A stretch of DNA of 64,000 bases from Eledone cirrhosa (lineage: Eukaryota), in the NCBI GenBank assembly GCA_964016885.1, contig OZ024759.1, positions 23,932,001-23,996,000 of the forward strand, written 5' to 3'. Below the pieces are notes generated by a model. It was not told the origin of the DNA, searched no databases, and saw only the letters and a program-made list of their open reading frames with translations. Made by a program: the position numbers and the translations under genes. Positions 53,185 through 64,000 of the stretch are shown one piece after another. The number at the start of each line of letters is the position of its first letter. Positions within the stretch are counted from its first letter, which is position 1.

Positions 53185-56100
53185 ATGTGCTTTCACACTT
53201 TGAGCCCAGTTTACTTCGATATATCTCTATATATCTCTATCTTCCTTTTAACGGAAAACACCATGCTGTCTGGCTATCTCTCACCCAATCTACCTCATAC
53301 TCTCTACCTCTTTTTGAGTACTCCCTTGCTTGTTTTTCAAGCAAGTTGGTCTTTACTCCTATGGACGTATAAACCTTTACACTATCTCATAACCATACCT
53401 ATATTCGTCTTTCCAAACATGTGCTTTAACACTTTGAGCCCAGTTTACTTCGATATATCTCTATATATCTCTATCTTCCTTTTAACGGAAAACACCATGC
53501 TGTCTGGCTATCTCTCACCCAATCTACCTCATACTCTCTAGCACTTTTTTAGTAATCCCTTGCTTGTCTTTCAAGCAAGTTGGTCTTTACTCCTATGGAC
53601 GTATAAACCTTTACACTATCTCATAACCATTCCTATATTCGTCTTTCCAAGTCATGTGCTTTCACACTTTGAGCCCAGTTTACTTCGATATATCCCTATA
53701 TATCTCTATTTTCCTTTTAACGGAAAACACCATGCTGTCTGGATATCTCTCACCCAATCTACCTCATACTCTCTACCTCTTTTTGAGTAATCCCTTGCTT
53801 GTCTTTCAAGCAAGTTGGTCTTTACTCCTATGGACGTATAAACCTTTACACTATCTCATAACCATTCCTATATTCGTCTTTCCAAGTCATGTGCTTTCAC
53901 ACTTTGAGCCCAGTTTATTTCGATATATCCCTATATATCTCTATTTTCCTTTTAACGGAAAACACCATGCTGTCTGGCTATCTCTCTCCCAATCTACCTC
54001 ATACTTTCTACCTCTTTTTGAGTAATCCCTTGCTTGTCTTTCAAGCAAGTTGGTCTTTACTCCTATGGACGTATAAACCTTTACACTATCTCATAACCAT
54101 TCCTATATTCGTCTTTCCAAGTCATGTGCTTTCACACTTTGAGCCCAGTTTACTTCGATATATCTCTATATATCTCTATTTTCCTTTTAACGGAAAACAC
54201 CATGCTGTCTGGCTCACTCTCTCCCTTATCTACCTCATGCGATCTACCTCTTTTTGAGTAATCCCTTGCTTGTCTTTCAAGCAAGTTGGTCTTTACTCCT
54301 ATGGACGTATAAACTTTTACACTATCTCATAACCATTCCTATATTCGTCTTTCCAAGTCATGTGCTTTCACACTTTGAGCCCAGTTTACTTCGATATATC
54401 TCTATATATCTCTATCTTCCTTTTAACGGAAAACACCATGCTGTCTGGCTATCTCTTACCCAATCTACCTCATACTCTCTACCTCTTTTTGAGTACTCCC
54501 TTGCTTGTTTTTCAAGCAAGTTGGTCTTTACTCCTATGGACGTATAAACCTTTACACTATCTCATAACCATACCTATATTCGTCTTTCCAAACATGTGCT
54601 TTAACACTTTGAGCCCAGTTTACTTCGATATATCTCTATATATCTCTATCTTCCTTTTAACGGAAAACACCATGCTGTCTGGCTATCTCTCACCCAATCT
54701 ACCTCATACTCTCTAGCACTTTTTTAGTAATCCCTTGCTTGTCTTTCAAGCAAGTTGGTCTTTACTCCTATGGACGTATAAACCTTTACACTATCTCATA
54801 ACCATTCCTATATTCGTCTTTCCAAGTCATGTGCTTTCACACTTTGAGCCCAGTTTACTTCGATATATCTCTATATATCTCTATTTTCCTTTTAACGGAA
54901 AACACCATGCTGTCTGGCTATCTCTCTCCCAATCTACCTCATACTCTCTACCTCTTTTTGAGTAATCCCTTGCTTGTCTTTCAAGCAAGTTGGTCTTTAC
55001 TCCTATGGACGTATAAACCTTTACACTATCTCATAACCATTCCTATATTCGTCTTTCCAAAACATGTGCTTTAACACTTTGAGCCCAGTTTACTTCGATA
55101 TATCCCTATATATCTCTATTTTCCTTTTAACGGAAAACACCATGCTGTCTGGCTCACTCTCTCCCTTATCTACCTCATGCGATCTACCTCTTTTTGAGTA
55201 ATCCCTTGCTTGTCTTTCAAGCAAGTTGGTCTTTACTCCTATGGACGTATAAACTTTTACACTATCTCATAACCATTCCTATATTCGTCTTTCCAAGTCA
55301 TGTGCTTTCACACTTTGAGCCCAGTTTACTTCGATATATCTCTATATATCTCTATCTTCCTTTTAACGGAAAACACCATGCTGTCTGGCTATCTCTCACC
55401 CAATCTACCTCATACTCTCTACCTCTTTTTGAGTAATCCCTTGCTTGTCTTTCAAGCAAGTTGGTCTTTGCTCCTATGAACGTATAAACCTTTACACTAT
55501 CTCATAATCATTCCTATATTCGTCTTTCCAAGTCATGTGCTTTCACACTTTGAGCCCAGTTTACTTCGATATATCTCTATATATCTCTATTTTCCTTTTA
55601 ACGGAAAACACCATGCTGTCTGGCTATCTCTCTCCCAATCTACCTCATACTCTCTACCTCTTTTTGAGTAATCCCTTGCTTGTCTTTCAAGCAAGTTGGT
55701 CTTTACTCCTATGGACGTATAAACCTTTACACTATATCATAACCATTCCTATATTCGTCTTTCCAAGTCATGTGCTTTCACACTTTGAGCCCAGTTTACT
55801 TCGATATATCTCCATATATCTCTATTTTCCTTTTAACGGAAAACACCATGCTGTCTGGCTATCTCTCTCCCAATCTACCTCATACTCTCTACCACTTTTT
55901 GAGTAATCCCTTGCTTGTCTTTCAAGCAAGTTGGTCTTTGCTCCTATGGACGTATAAACCTTTACACTATCTCATAACCATTCCTATATTCGTCTTTCCA
56001 AAACATATGCTTTAACACTTTGAGCCCAGTTTACTTCGATATATCCCTATATATCTCTATTTTCCTTTTAACGGAAAACACCATGCTGTCTGGCTATCTC

Positions 56101-59061
56101 TCTCCCTTATCTACCTCATGCGATCTACCTCTTTTTGAGTAATTCCTTGCTTGTCTTTCAAGCAAGTTGGTCATTACTCCTATGGACGTATAAACCTTTA
56201 CGCTATCTCATAACCACTCCTATATTCGTCTTTCCAAGTCATGTGCTTTAACACTTTGAGCCCAGTTTACTTCGATATATCCCTATATATCTCTATTTCC
56301 CTTTTAACGGAAAACACCTTGCTATCTGGCTATCTCTCTCCCAATCTACCTCATACTCTCTACCTCTTTTTGAGTAATCCCTTGCTTGTCTTTCAAGCAA
56401 GTTGGTCTTTACTCATATGGACGTATAAACCTTTACACTATCTCATAACCATTCCTATATTCGTCTTTCCAAAACATGTGCTTTAACACTTTGAGCCCAG
56501 TTTACTTCGATATATCTCTATATATCTCTATCTTCCTTTTAACGGAAAACACCATGCTGTCTGGCTATCTCTCACCCAATCTACCTCATACTCTCTACCT
56601 CTTTTTGAGTAATCCCTTGCTTGTCTTTCAAGCAAGTTGGTCTTTACTCCTATGGACATATAAACCTTTACACTATCTCATAACCATTCCTATATTCGTC
56701 TTTCCAAGTCATGTGCTTTCACACTTTGAGCCCAGTTTACTTCGATATATCTCTATATATCTCTATCTTCCTTTTAACGGAAAACACCATGCTGTCTGGC
56801 TATCTCTCACCCAATCTACCTCATACTCTCTACCTCTTTTTGAGTACTCCCTTGCTTGTTTTTCAAGCAAGTTGGTCTTTACTCCTATGGACGTATAAAC
56901 CTTTACACTATCTCATAACCATACCTATATTCGTCTTTCCAAACATGTGCTTTAACACTTTGAGCCCAGTTTACTTCGATATATCTCTATATATCTCTAT
57001 CTTCCTTTTAACGGAAAACACCATGCTGTCTGGCTATCTCTCACCCAATCTACCTCATACTCTCTAGCACTTTTTTAGTAATCCCTTGCTTGTCTTTCAA
57101 GCAAGTTGGTCTTTACTCCTATGGACGTATAAACCTTTACACTATCTCATAACCATTCCTGTATTCGTCTTTCCAAGTCATGTGCTTTCACACTTTGAGC
57201 CCAGTTTACTTCGATATATCTCTATATATCTCTATTTTCCTTTTAACGGAAAACACCATGCTGTCTGGCTATCTCTCTCCCAATCTACCTCATACTCTCT
57301 ACCTCTTTTTGAGTAATCCCTTGCTTGTCTTTCAAGCAAGTTGGTCTTTACTCCTATGGACGTATAAACCTTTACACTATCTCATAACCATTCCTATATT
57401 CGTCTTTCCAAAACATGTGCTTTAACACTTTGAGCCCAGTTTACTTCGATATATCCCTATATATCTCTATTTTCCTTTTAACGGAAAACACCATGCTGTC
57501 TGGCTCACTCTCTCCCTTATCTACCTCATGCGATCTACCTCTTTTTGAGTAATCCCTTGCTTGTCTTTCAAGCAAGTTGGTCTTTACTCCTATGGACGTA
57601 TAAACTTTTACACTATCTCATAACCATTCCTATATTCGTCTTTCCAAGTCATGTGCTTTCACACTTTGAGCCCAGTTTACTTCGATATATCTCTATATAT
57701 CTCTATCTTCCTTTTAACGGAAAACACCATGCTGTCTGGCTATCTCTCACCCAATCTACCTCATACTCTCTACCTCTTTTTGAGTAATCCCTTGCTTGTC
57801 TTTCAAGCAAGTTGGTCTTTGCTCCTATGGACGTATAAACCTTTACACTATCTCATAATCATTCCTATATTCGTCTTTCCAAGTCATGTGCTTTCACACT
57901 TTGAGCCCAGTTTACTTCGATATATCTCTATATATCTCTATTTTCCTTTTAACGGAAAACACCATGCTGTCTGGCTATCTCTCTCCCAATCTACCTCATA
58001 CTCTCTACCTCTTTTTGAGTAATCCCTTGCTTGTCTTTCAAGCAAGCTGGTCTTTACTCCTATGGACGTATAAACCTTTACACTATATCATAACCATTCC
58101 TATATTCGTCTTTCCAAGTCATGTGCTTTCACACTTTGAGCCCAGTTTACTTCGATATATCTCCATATATCTCTATTTTCCTTTTAACGGAAAACACCAT
58201 GCTGTCTGGCTATCTCTCTCCCAATCTACCTCATACTCTCTACCACTTTTTGAGTAATCCCTTGCTTGTCTTTCAAGCAAGTTGGTCTTTGCTCCTATGG
58301 ACGTATAAACCTTTACACTATCTCATAACCATTCCTATATTCGTCTTTCCAAAACATATGCTTTAACACTTTGAGCCCAGTTTACTTCGATATATCCCTA
58401 TATATCTCTATTTTCCTTTTAACGGAAAACACCATGCTGTCTGGCTATCTCTCTCCCTTATCTACCTCATGCGATCTACCTCTTTTTGAGTAATTCCTTG
58501 CTTGTCTTTCAAGCAAGTTGGTCATTACTCCTATGGACGTATAAACCTTTACGCTATCTCATAACCACTCCTATATTCGTCTTTCCAAGTCATGTGCTTT
58601 AACACTTTGAGCCCAGTTTACTTCGATATATCCCTATATATCTCTATTTCCCTTTTAACGGAAAACACCTTGCTATCTGGCTATCTCTCTCCCAATCTAC
58701 CTCATACTCTCTACCTCTTTTTGAGTAATCCCTTGCTTGTCTTTCAAGCAAGTTGGTCTTTACTCATATGGACGTATAAACCTTTACACTATCTCATAAC
58801 CATTCCTATATTCGTCTTTCCAAAACATGTGCTTTAACACTTTGAGCCCAGTTTACTTCGATATATCTCTATATATCTCTATCTTCCTTTTAACGGAAAA
58901 CACCATGCTGTCTGGCTATCTCTCACCCAATCTACCTCATACTCTCTACCTCTTTTTGAGTAATCCCTTGCTTGTCTTTCAAGCAAGTTGGTCTTTACTC
59001 CTATGGACATATAAACCTTTACACTATCTCATAACCATTCCTATATTCGTCTTTCCAAGTC
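53185..59061 (+). repeat. 5-monomer offset copy (1175 bp) followed by a 10-monomer tandem duplication (2351 bp)
   Basis: A 234-bp monomer (gagtactcc, ccatacc, ccaaacatg with one A lost) starts at 53185, 54360 and 56711. Offset 2351 holds for 54829/57180, 55535/57886, 55770/58121, 56241/58592 and 56476/58827 (alleles tatatcat, ctccata, ctcatatgg). Confidence 0.9.
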
Positions 59062-60238
59062 ATGTGCTTTCACACTTTGAGCCCAGTTTACTTCGATATA
59101 TCTCTATATATCTCTATTTTCCTTTTAACGGAAAACACCATGCTGTCTGGCTATCTCTCTCCCAATCTACCTCATACTCTCTACCACTTTTTGAGTAATC
59201 CCTTGCTTGTCTTTCAAGCAAGTTGGTCTTTGCTCCTATGGACGTATAAACCTTTACACTATCTCATAACCATTCCTATATTCGTCTTTCCAAAACATGT
59301 GCTTTAACACTTTGAGCCCAGTTTACTTCGATATATCCCTATATATCTCTATTTTCCTTTTAACGGAAAACACCATGCTGTCTGGCTATCTCTCTCCCTT
59401 ATCTACCTCATGCGATCTACCTCTTTTTGAGTAATCCCTTGCTTGTCTTTCAAGCAAGTTGGTCTTTACTCCTATGGACGTATAAACTTTTACACTATCT
59501 CATAACCATTCCTATATTCGTCTTTCCAAGTCATGTGCTTTCACACTTTGAGCCCAGTTTACTTCGATATATCTCTATATATCTCTATCTTCCTTTTAAC
59601 GGAAAACACCATGCTGTCTGGCTATCTCTCACCCAATCTACCTCATACTCTCTACCTCTTTTTGAGTAATCCCTTGCTTGTCTTTCAAGCAAGTTGGTCT
59701 TTGCTCCTATGGACGTATAAACCTTTACACTATCTCATAATCATTCCTATATTCGTCTTTCCAAGTCATGTGCTTTCACACTTTGAGCCCAGTTTACTTC
59801 GATATATCCCTATATATCTCTATTTTCCTTTTAACGGAAAACACCATGCTGTCTGGCTATCTCTCTCCCTTATCTACCTCATGCGATCTACCTCTTTTTG
59901 AGTAATTCCTTGCTTGTCTTTCAAGCAAGTTGGTCATTACTCCTATGGACGTATAAACCTTTACGCTATCTCATAACCACTCCTATATTCGTCTTTCCAA
60001 GTCATGTGCTTTAACACTTTGAGCCCAGTTTACTTCGATATATCTCTATATATCTCTATCTTCCTTTTAACGGAAAACACCATGCTGTCTGGCTATCTCT
60101 CACCCAATCTACCTCATACTCTCTACCTCTTTTTGAGTAATCCCTTGCTTGTCTTTCAAGCAAGTTGGTCTTTACTCCTATGGACATATAAACCTTTACA
60201 CTATCTCATAACCATTCCTATATTCGTCTTTCCAAGTC

Positions 60239-63200
60239 ATGTGCTTTCACACTTTGAGCCCAGTTTACTTCGATATATCTCTATATATCTCTATTTTCCT
60301 TTTAACGGAAAACACCATGCTGTCTGGCTATCTCTCTCCCAATCTACCTCATACTCTCTACCACTTTTTGAGTAATCCCTTGCTTGTCTTTCAAGCAAGT
60401 TGGTCTTTGCTCCTATGGACGTATAAACCTTTACACTATCTCATAACCATTCCTATATTCGTCTTTCCAAAACATGTGCTTTAACACTTTGAGCCCAGTT
60501 TACTTCGATATATCCCTATATATCTCTATTTTCCTTTTAACGGAAAACACCATGCTGTCTGGCTCTCTCTCTCCCTCATCTACCTCATGCGATCTACCTC
60601 TTTTTGAGTAATTCCTTGCTTGTCTTTCAAGCAAGTTGGTCATTACTCCTATGGACGTATAAACCTTTACGCTATCTCATAACCACTCCTATATTCGTCT
60701 TTCCAAGTCATGTGCTTTAACACTTTGAGCCCAGTTTACTTCGATATATCCCTATATATCTCTATTTTCCTTTTAACGGAAAACACCTTGCTGTCTGGCT
60801 ATCTCTCTCCCAATCTACCTCATACTCTCTACCCCTTTTTGAGTAATCCCTTGCTTGTTTTTCAAGCAAGTTGGTCTTTACCCCTATGGACGTATAAACC
60901 TTTACACTATCTCATAACCATTCCTATATTCGTCTTTCCAAAACATGTGCTTTAACACTTTGAGCCCAGTTTACTTCGATATATCTCTATATATCTCTAT
61001 TTTCCTTTTAACGGAAAACACCATGCTGTCTGGCTATCTCTCTCCCAATCTACCTCATACTCTCTACCTCTTTTTGAGTAATCCCTTGCTTGTCTTTCAA
61101 GCAAGTTGGTCTTTACTCCTATGGACGTATAAACCTTTACACTATCTCATAACCATTCCTATATTCGTCTTTCCAAAACATGTGCTTTAACACTTTGAGC
61201 CCAGTTTACTTCGATATATCCCTATATATCTCTATTTTCCTTTTAACGGAAAACACCATGCTGTCTGGCTCACTCTCTCCCTTATCTACCTCATGCGATC
61301 TACCTCTTTTTGAGTAATCCCTTGCTTGTCTTTCAAGCAAGTTGGTCTTTACTCCTATGGACGTATAAACTTTTACACTATCTCATAACCATTCCTATAT
61401 TCGTCTTTCCAAGTCATGTGCTTTCACACTTTGAGCCCAGTTTACTTCGATATATCTCTATATATCTCTATCTTCCTTTTAACGGAAAACACCATGCTGT
61501 CTGGCTATCTCTCACCCAATCTACCTCATACTCTCTACCTCTTTTTGAGTAATCCCTTGCTTGTCTTTCAAGCAAGTTGGTCTTTGCTCCTATGGACGTA
61601 TAAACCTTTACACTATCTCATAATCATTCCTATATTCGTCTTTCCAAGTCATGTGCTTTCACACTTTGAGCCCAGTTTACTTCGATATATCTCTATATAT
61701 CTCTATTTTCCTTTTAACGGAAAACACCATGCTGTCTGGCTATCTCTCTCCCAATCTACCTCATACTCTCTACCTCTTTTTGAGTAATCCCTTGCTTGTC
61801 TTTCAAGCAAGTTGGTCTTTACTCCTATGGACGTATAAACCTTTACACTATATCATAACCATTCCTATATTCGTCTTTCCAAGTCATGTGCTTTCACACT
61901 TTGAGCCCAGTTTACTTCGATATATCTCTATATATCTCTATTTTCCTTTTAACGGAAAACACCATGCTGTCTGGCTATCTCTCTCCCAATCTACCTCATA
62001 CTCTCTACCACTTTTTGAGTAATCCCTTGCTTGTCTTTCAAGCAAGTTGGTCTTTGCTCCTATGGACGTATAAACCTTTACACTATCTCATAACCATTCC
62101 TATATTCGTCTTTCCAAAACATATGCTTTAACACTTTGAGCCCAGTTTACTTCGATATATCCCTATATATCTCTATTTTCCTTTTAACGGAAAACACCAT
62201 GCTGTCTGGCTCACTCTCTCCCTTATCTACCTCATGCGATCTACCTCTTTTTGAGTAATCCCTTGCTTGTCTTTCAAGCAAGTTGGTCTTTACTCCTATG
62301 GACGTATAAACTTTTACACTATCTCATAACCATTCCTATATTCGTCTTTCCAAGTCATGTGCTTTAACACTTTGAGCCCAGTTTACTTCGATATATCCCT
62401 ATATATCTCTATTTCCCTTTTAACGGAAAACACCATGCTGTCTGGCTATCTCTCACCCAATCTACCTCATACTCTCTACCTCTTTTTGAGTAATCCCTTG
62501 CTTGTCTTTCAAGCAAGTTGGTCTTTACTCCTATGGACATATAAACCTTTACACTATCTCATAACCATTCCTATATTCGTCTTTCCAAGTCATGTGCTTT
62601 CACACTTTGAGCCCAGTTTACTTCGATATATCCCTATATATCTCTATTTCCCTTTTAACGGAAAACACCTTGCTATCTGGCTATCTCTCTCCCAATCTAC
62701 CTCATACTCTCTACCTCTTTTTGAGTAATCCCTTGCTTGTCTTTCAAGCAAGTTGGTCTTTACTCCTATGGACGTATAAACCTTTACACTATCTCATAAC
62801 CATTCCTATATTCGTCTTTCCAAGTCATGTGCTTTCACACTTTGAGCCCAGTTTACTTCGATATATCTCTATATATCTCTATTTTCCTTTTAACGGAAAA
62901 CACCATGCTGTCTGGCTATCTCTCTCCCAATCTACCTCATACTCTCTACCACTTTTTGAGTAATCCCTTGCTTGTCTTTCAAGCAAGTTGGTCTTTGCTC
63001 CTATGGACGTATAAACCTTTACACTATCTCATAACCATTCCTATATTCGTCTTTCCAAAACATGTGCTTTAACACTTTGAGCCCAGTTTACTTCGATATA
63101 TCCCTATATATCTCTATTTTCCTTTTAACGGAAAACACCATGCTGTCTGGCTCTCTCTCTCCCTCATCTACCTCATGCGATCTACCTCTTTTTGAGTAAT

Positions 63201-63600
63201 TCCTTGCTTGTCTTTCAAGCAAGTTGGTCATTACTCCTATGGACGTATAAACCTTTACGCTATCTCATAACCACTCCTATATTCGTCTTTCCAAGTCATG
63301 TGCTTTAACACTTTGAGCCCAGTTTACTTCGATATATCCCTATATATCTCTATTTTCCTTTTAACGGAAAACACCTTGCTGTCTGGCTATCTCTCTCCCA
63401 ATCTACCTCATACTCTCTACCCCTTTTTGAGTAATCCCTTGCTTGTTTTTCAAGCAAGTTGGTCTTTACTCCTATGGACGTATAAACCTTTACACTATCT
63501 CATAACCATTCCTATATTCGTCTTTCCAAAACATGTGCTTTAACACTTTGAGCCCAGTTTACTTCGATATATCTCTATATATCTCTATCTTCCTTTTTAC
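60239..63600 (+). repeat. Partial duplication of a ~3-monomer block at an 11-monomer offset (2588 bp)
   Basis: 60239/62827, 60474/63062 (B2 with ccctcatc) and 60710/63298 (tacccc). The same B2 + tacccc pair is also at 48950-49420. Confidence 0.75.
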
Positions 63601-64000
63601 GGAAAACACCATGCTGTCTGGCTATCTCTCACCCAATCTACCTCATACTCTCTACCTCTTTTTGAGTAATCCCTTGCTTGTCTTTCAAGCAAGTTGGTCT
63701 TTACTCCTATGGACGTATAAACCTTTACACTATCTCATAACCATTCCTATATTCGTCTTTCCAAGTCATGTGCTTTCACACTTTGAGCCCAGTTTACTTC
63801 GATATATCTCTATATATCTCTATTTTCCTTTTAACGGAAAACACCATGCTGTCTGGCTATCTCTCTCCCAATCTACCTCATACTCTCTACCACTTTTTGA
63901 GTAATCCCTTGCTTGTCTTTCAAGCAAGTTGGTCTTTGCTCCTATGGACGTATAAACCTTTACACTATCTCATAACCATTCCTATATTCGTCTTTCCAAG

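Larger units (their letters stand above)
1..64000 (+). repeat. Tandem satellite DNA array, ~235-bp monomer, ~272 copies, single orientation, running off both window ends
   Basis: The unit atgtgcttt(c/a)acactttgagcccagtttacttcgatatatc(t/c)ctatatatctctat(t/c)ttccttttaacggaaaacaccatgctgtctggctatctctctcccaatctacctcatactctctacctctttttgagtaatcccttgcttgtctttcaagcaagttggtctttactcctatggacgtataaacctttacactatctcataaccattcctatattcgtctttccaa(gt/aa)c recurs every 234-236 bp (starts at 20, 255, 491, 727 ... 63533, 63768) with only a few substitutions per copy. ORF-track starts step by 235/236. Confidence 0.99.

Noticed and set aside
20-63904. Hundreds of near-identical 76-140 aa hydrophobic ORFs (MCFHTLSPVYFDISLY...) resembling a tandem small-protein gene array
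   Set aside because: They are translations of the satellite. The unit length of 235 is not a multiple of 3, the ORFs overlap the next copy with no room for promoters or terminators, and many copies are frameshifted (all B types) or contain stops. Variation shows no obvious synonymous bias, and the L/S/F/Y/I/P composition follows from the CT-rich strand. I recognise no protein family. Ribosome profiling or proteomics would be needed to revive this idea.
1-64000. CRISPR array or other repeat-spacer system, suggested by the regularly spaced palindrome at 160-180
   Set aside because: The sequence between the palindromes is the same in every unit, so there are no unique spacers, and there are no cas genes or leader.
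1-64000. Embedded transposon, inversion or unique-sequence island
   Set aside because: Monomer phase is continuous from start to end. Gaps in the ORF track correspond to frameshifted or stop-containing monomers, not foreign DNA.
1-64000. Monomer variant order as an information-bearing code or programmed diversification cassette set
   Set aside because: The patterns are adequately explained by ordinary in-register duplication, deletion and conversion. No recombinase, reverse transcriptase or expression site is present in the window.

Overview
The whole 64 kb window is one uninterrupted head-to-tail tandem satellite array of about 272 copies of a ~235-bp monomer, all in the same orientation. 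It most likely comes from eukaryotic centromeric or pericentromeric heterochromatin; I do not recognise the family or the species. The first monomer (1-235) has A53/C65/G26/T91 by hand count, i.e. ~39% GC and ~66% pyrimidine on the + strand. I see no genes, RNA genes, transposon insertions, inversions or CRISPR spacers. The many 76-140 aa ORFs are translations of the repeat itself. The informative structure is internal: (i) 235-bp A-type and 236-bp B1/B2-type monomer subfamilies with linked diagnostic changes; (ii) local higher-order repeats (HORs) with periods of 1, 3, 4, 5, 6-7, 10, 11-13 and 15 monomers that change along the array, plus long-range block copies 11-22 kb apart; (iii) chimeric monomers that place exchange points within ~10-15 bp; (iv) two dyad symmetries in the monomer; (v) recurrent CpG decay suggesting a methylated array. 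I found no evidence for a novel protein-coding system. All comparisons were made by eye and from ORF-track offsets, so block boundaries are approximate.
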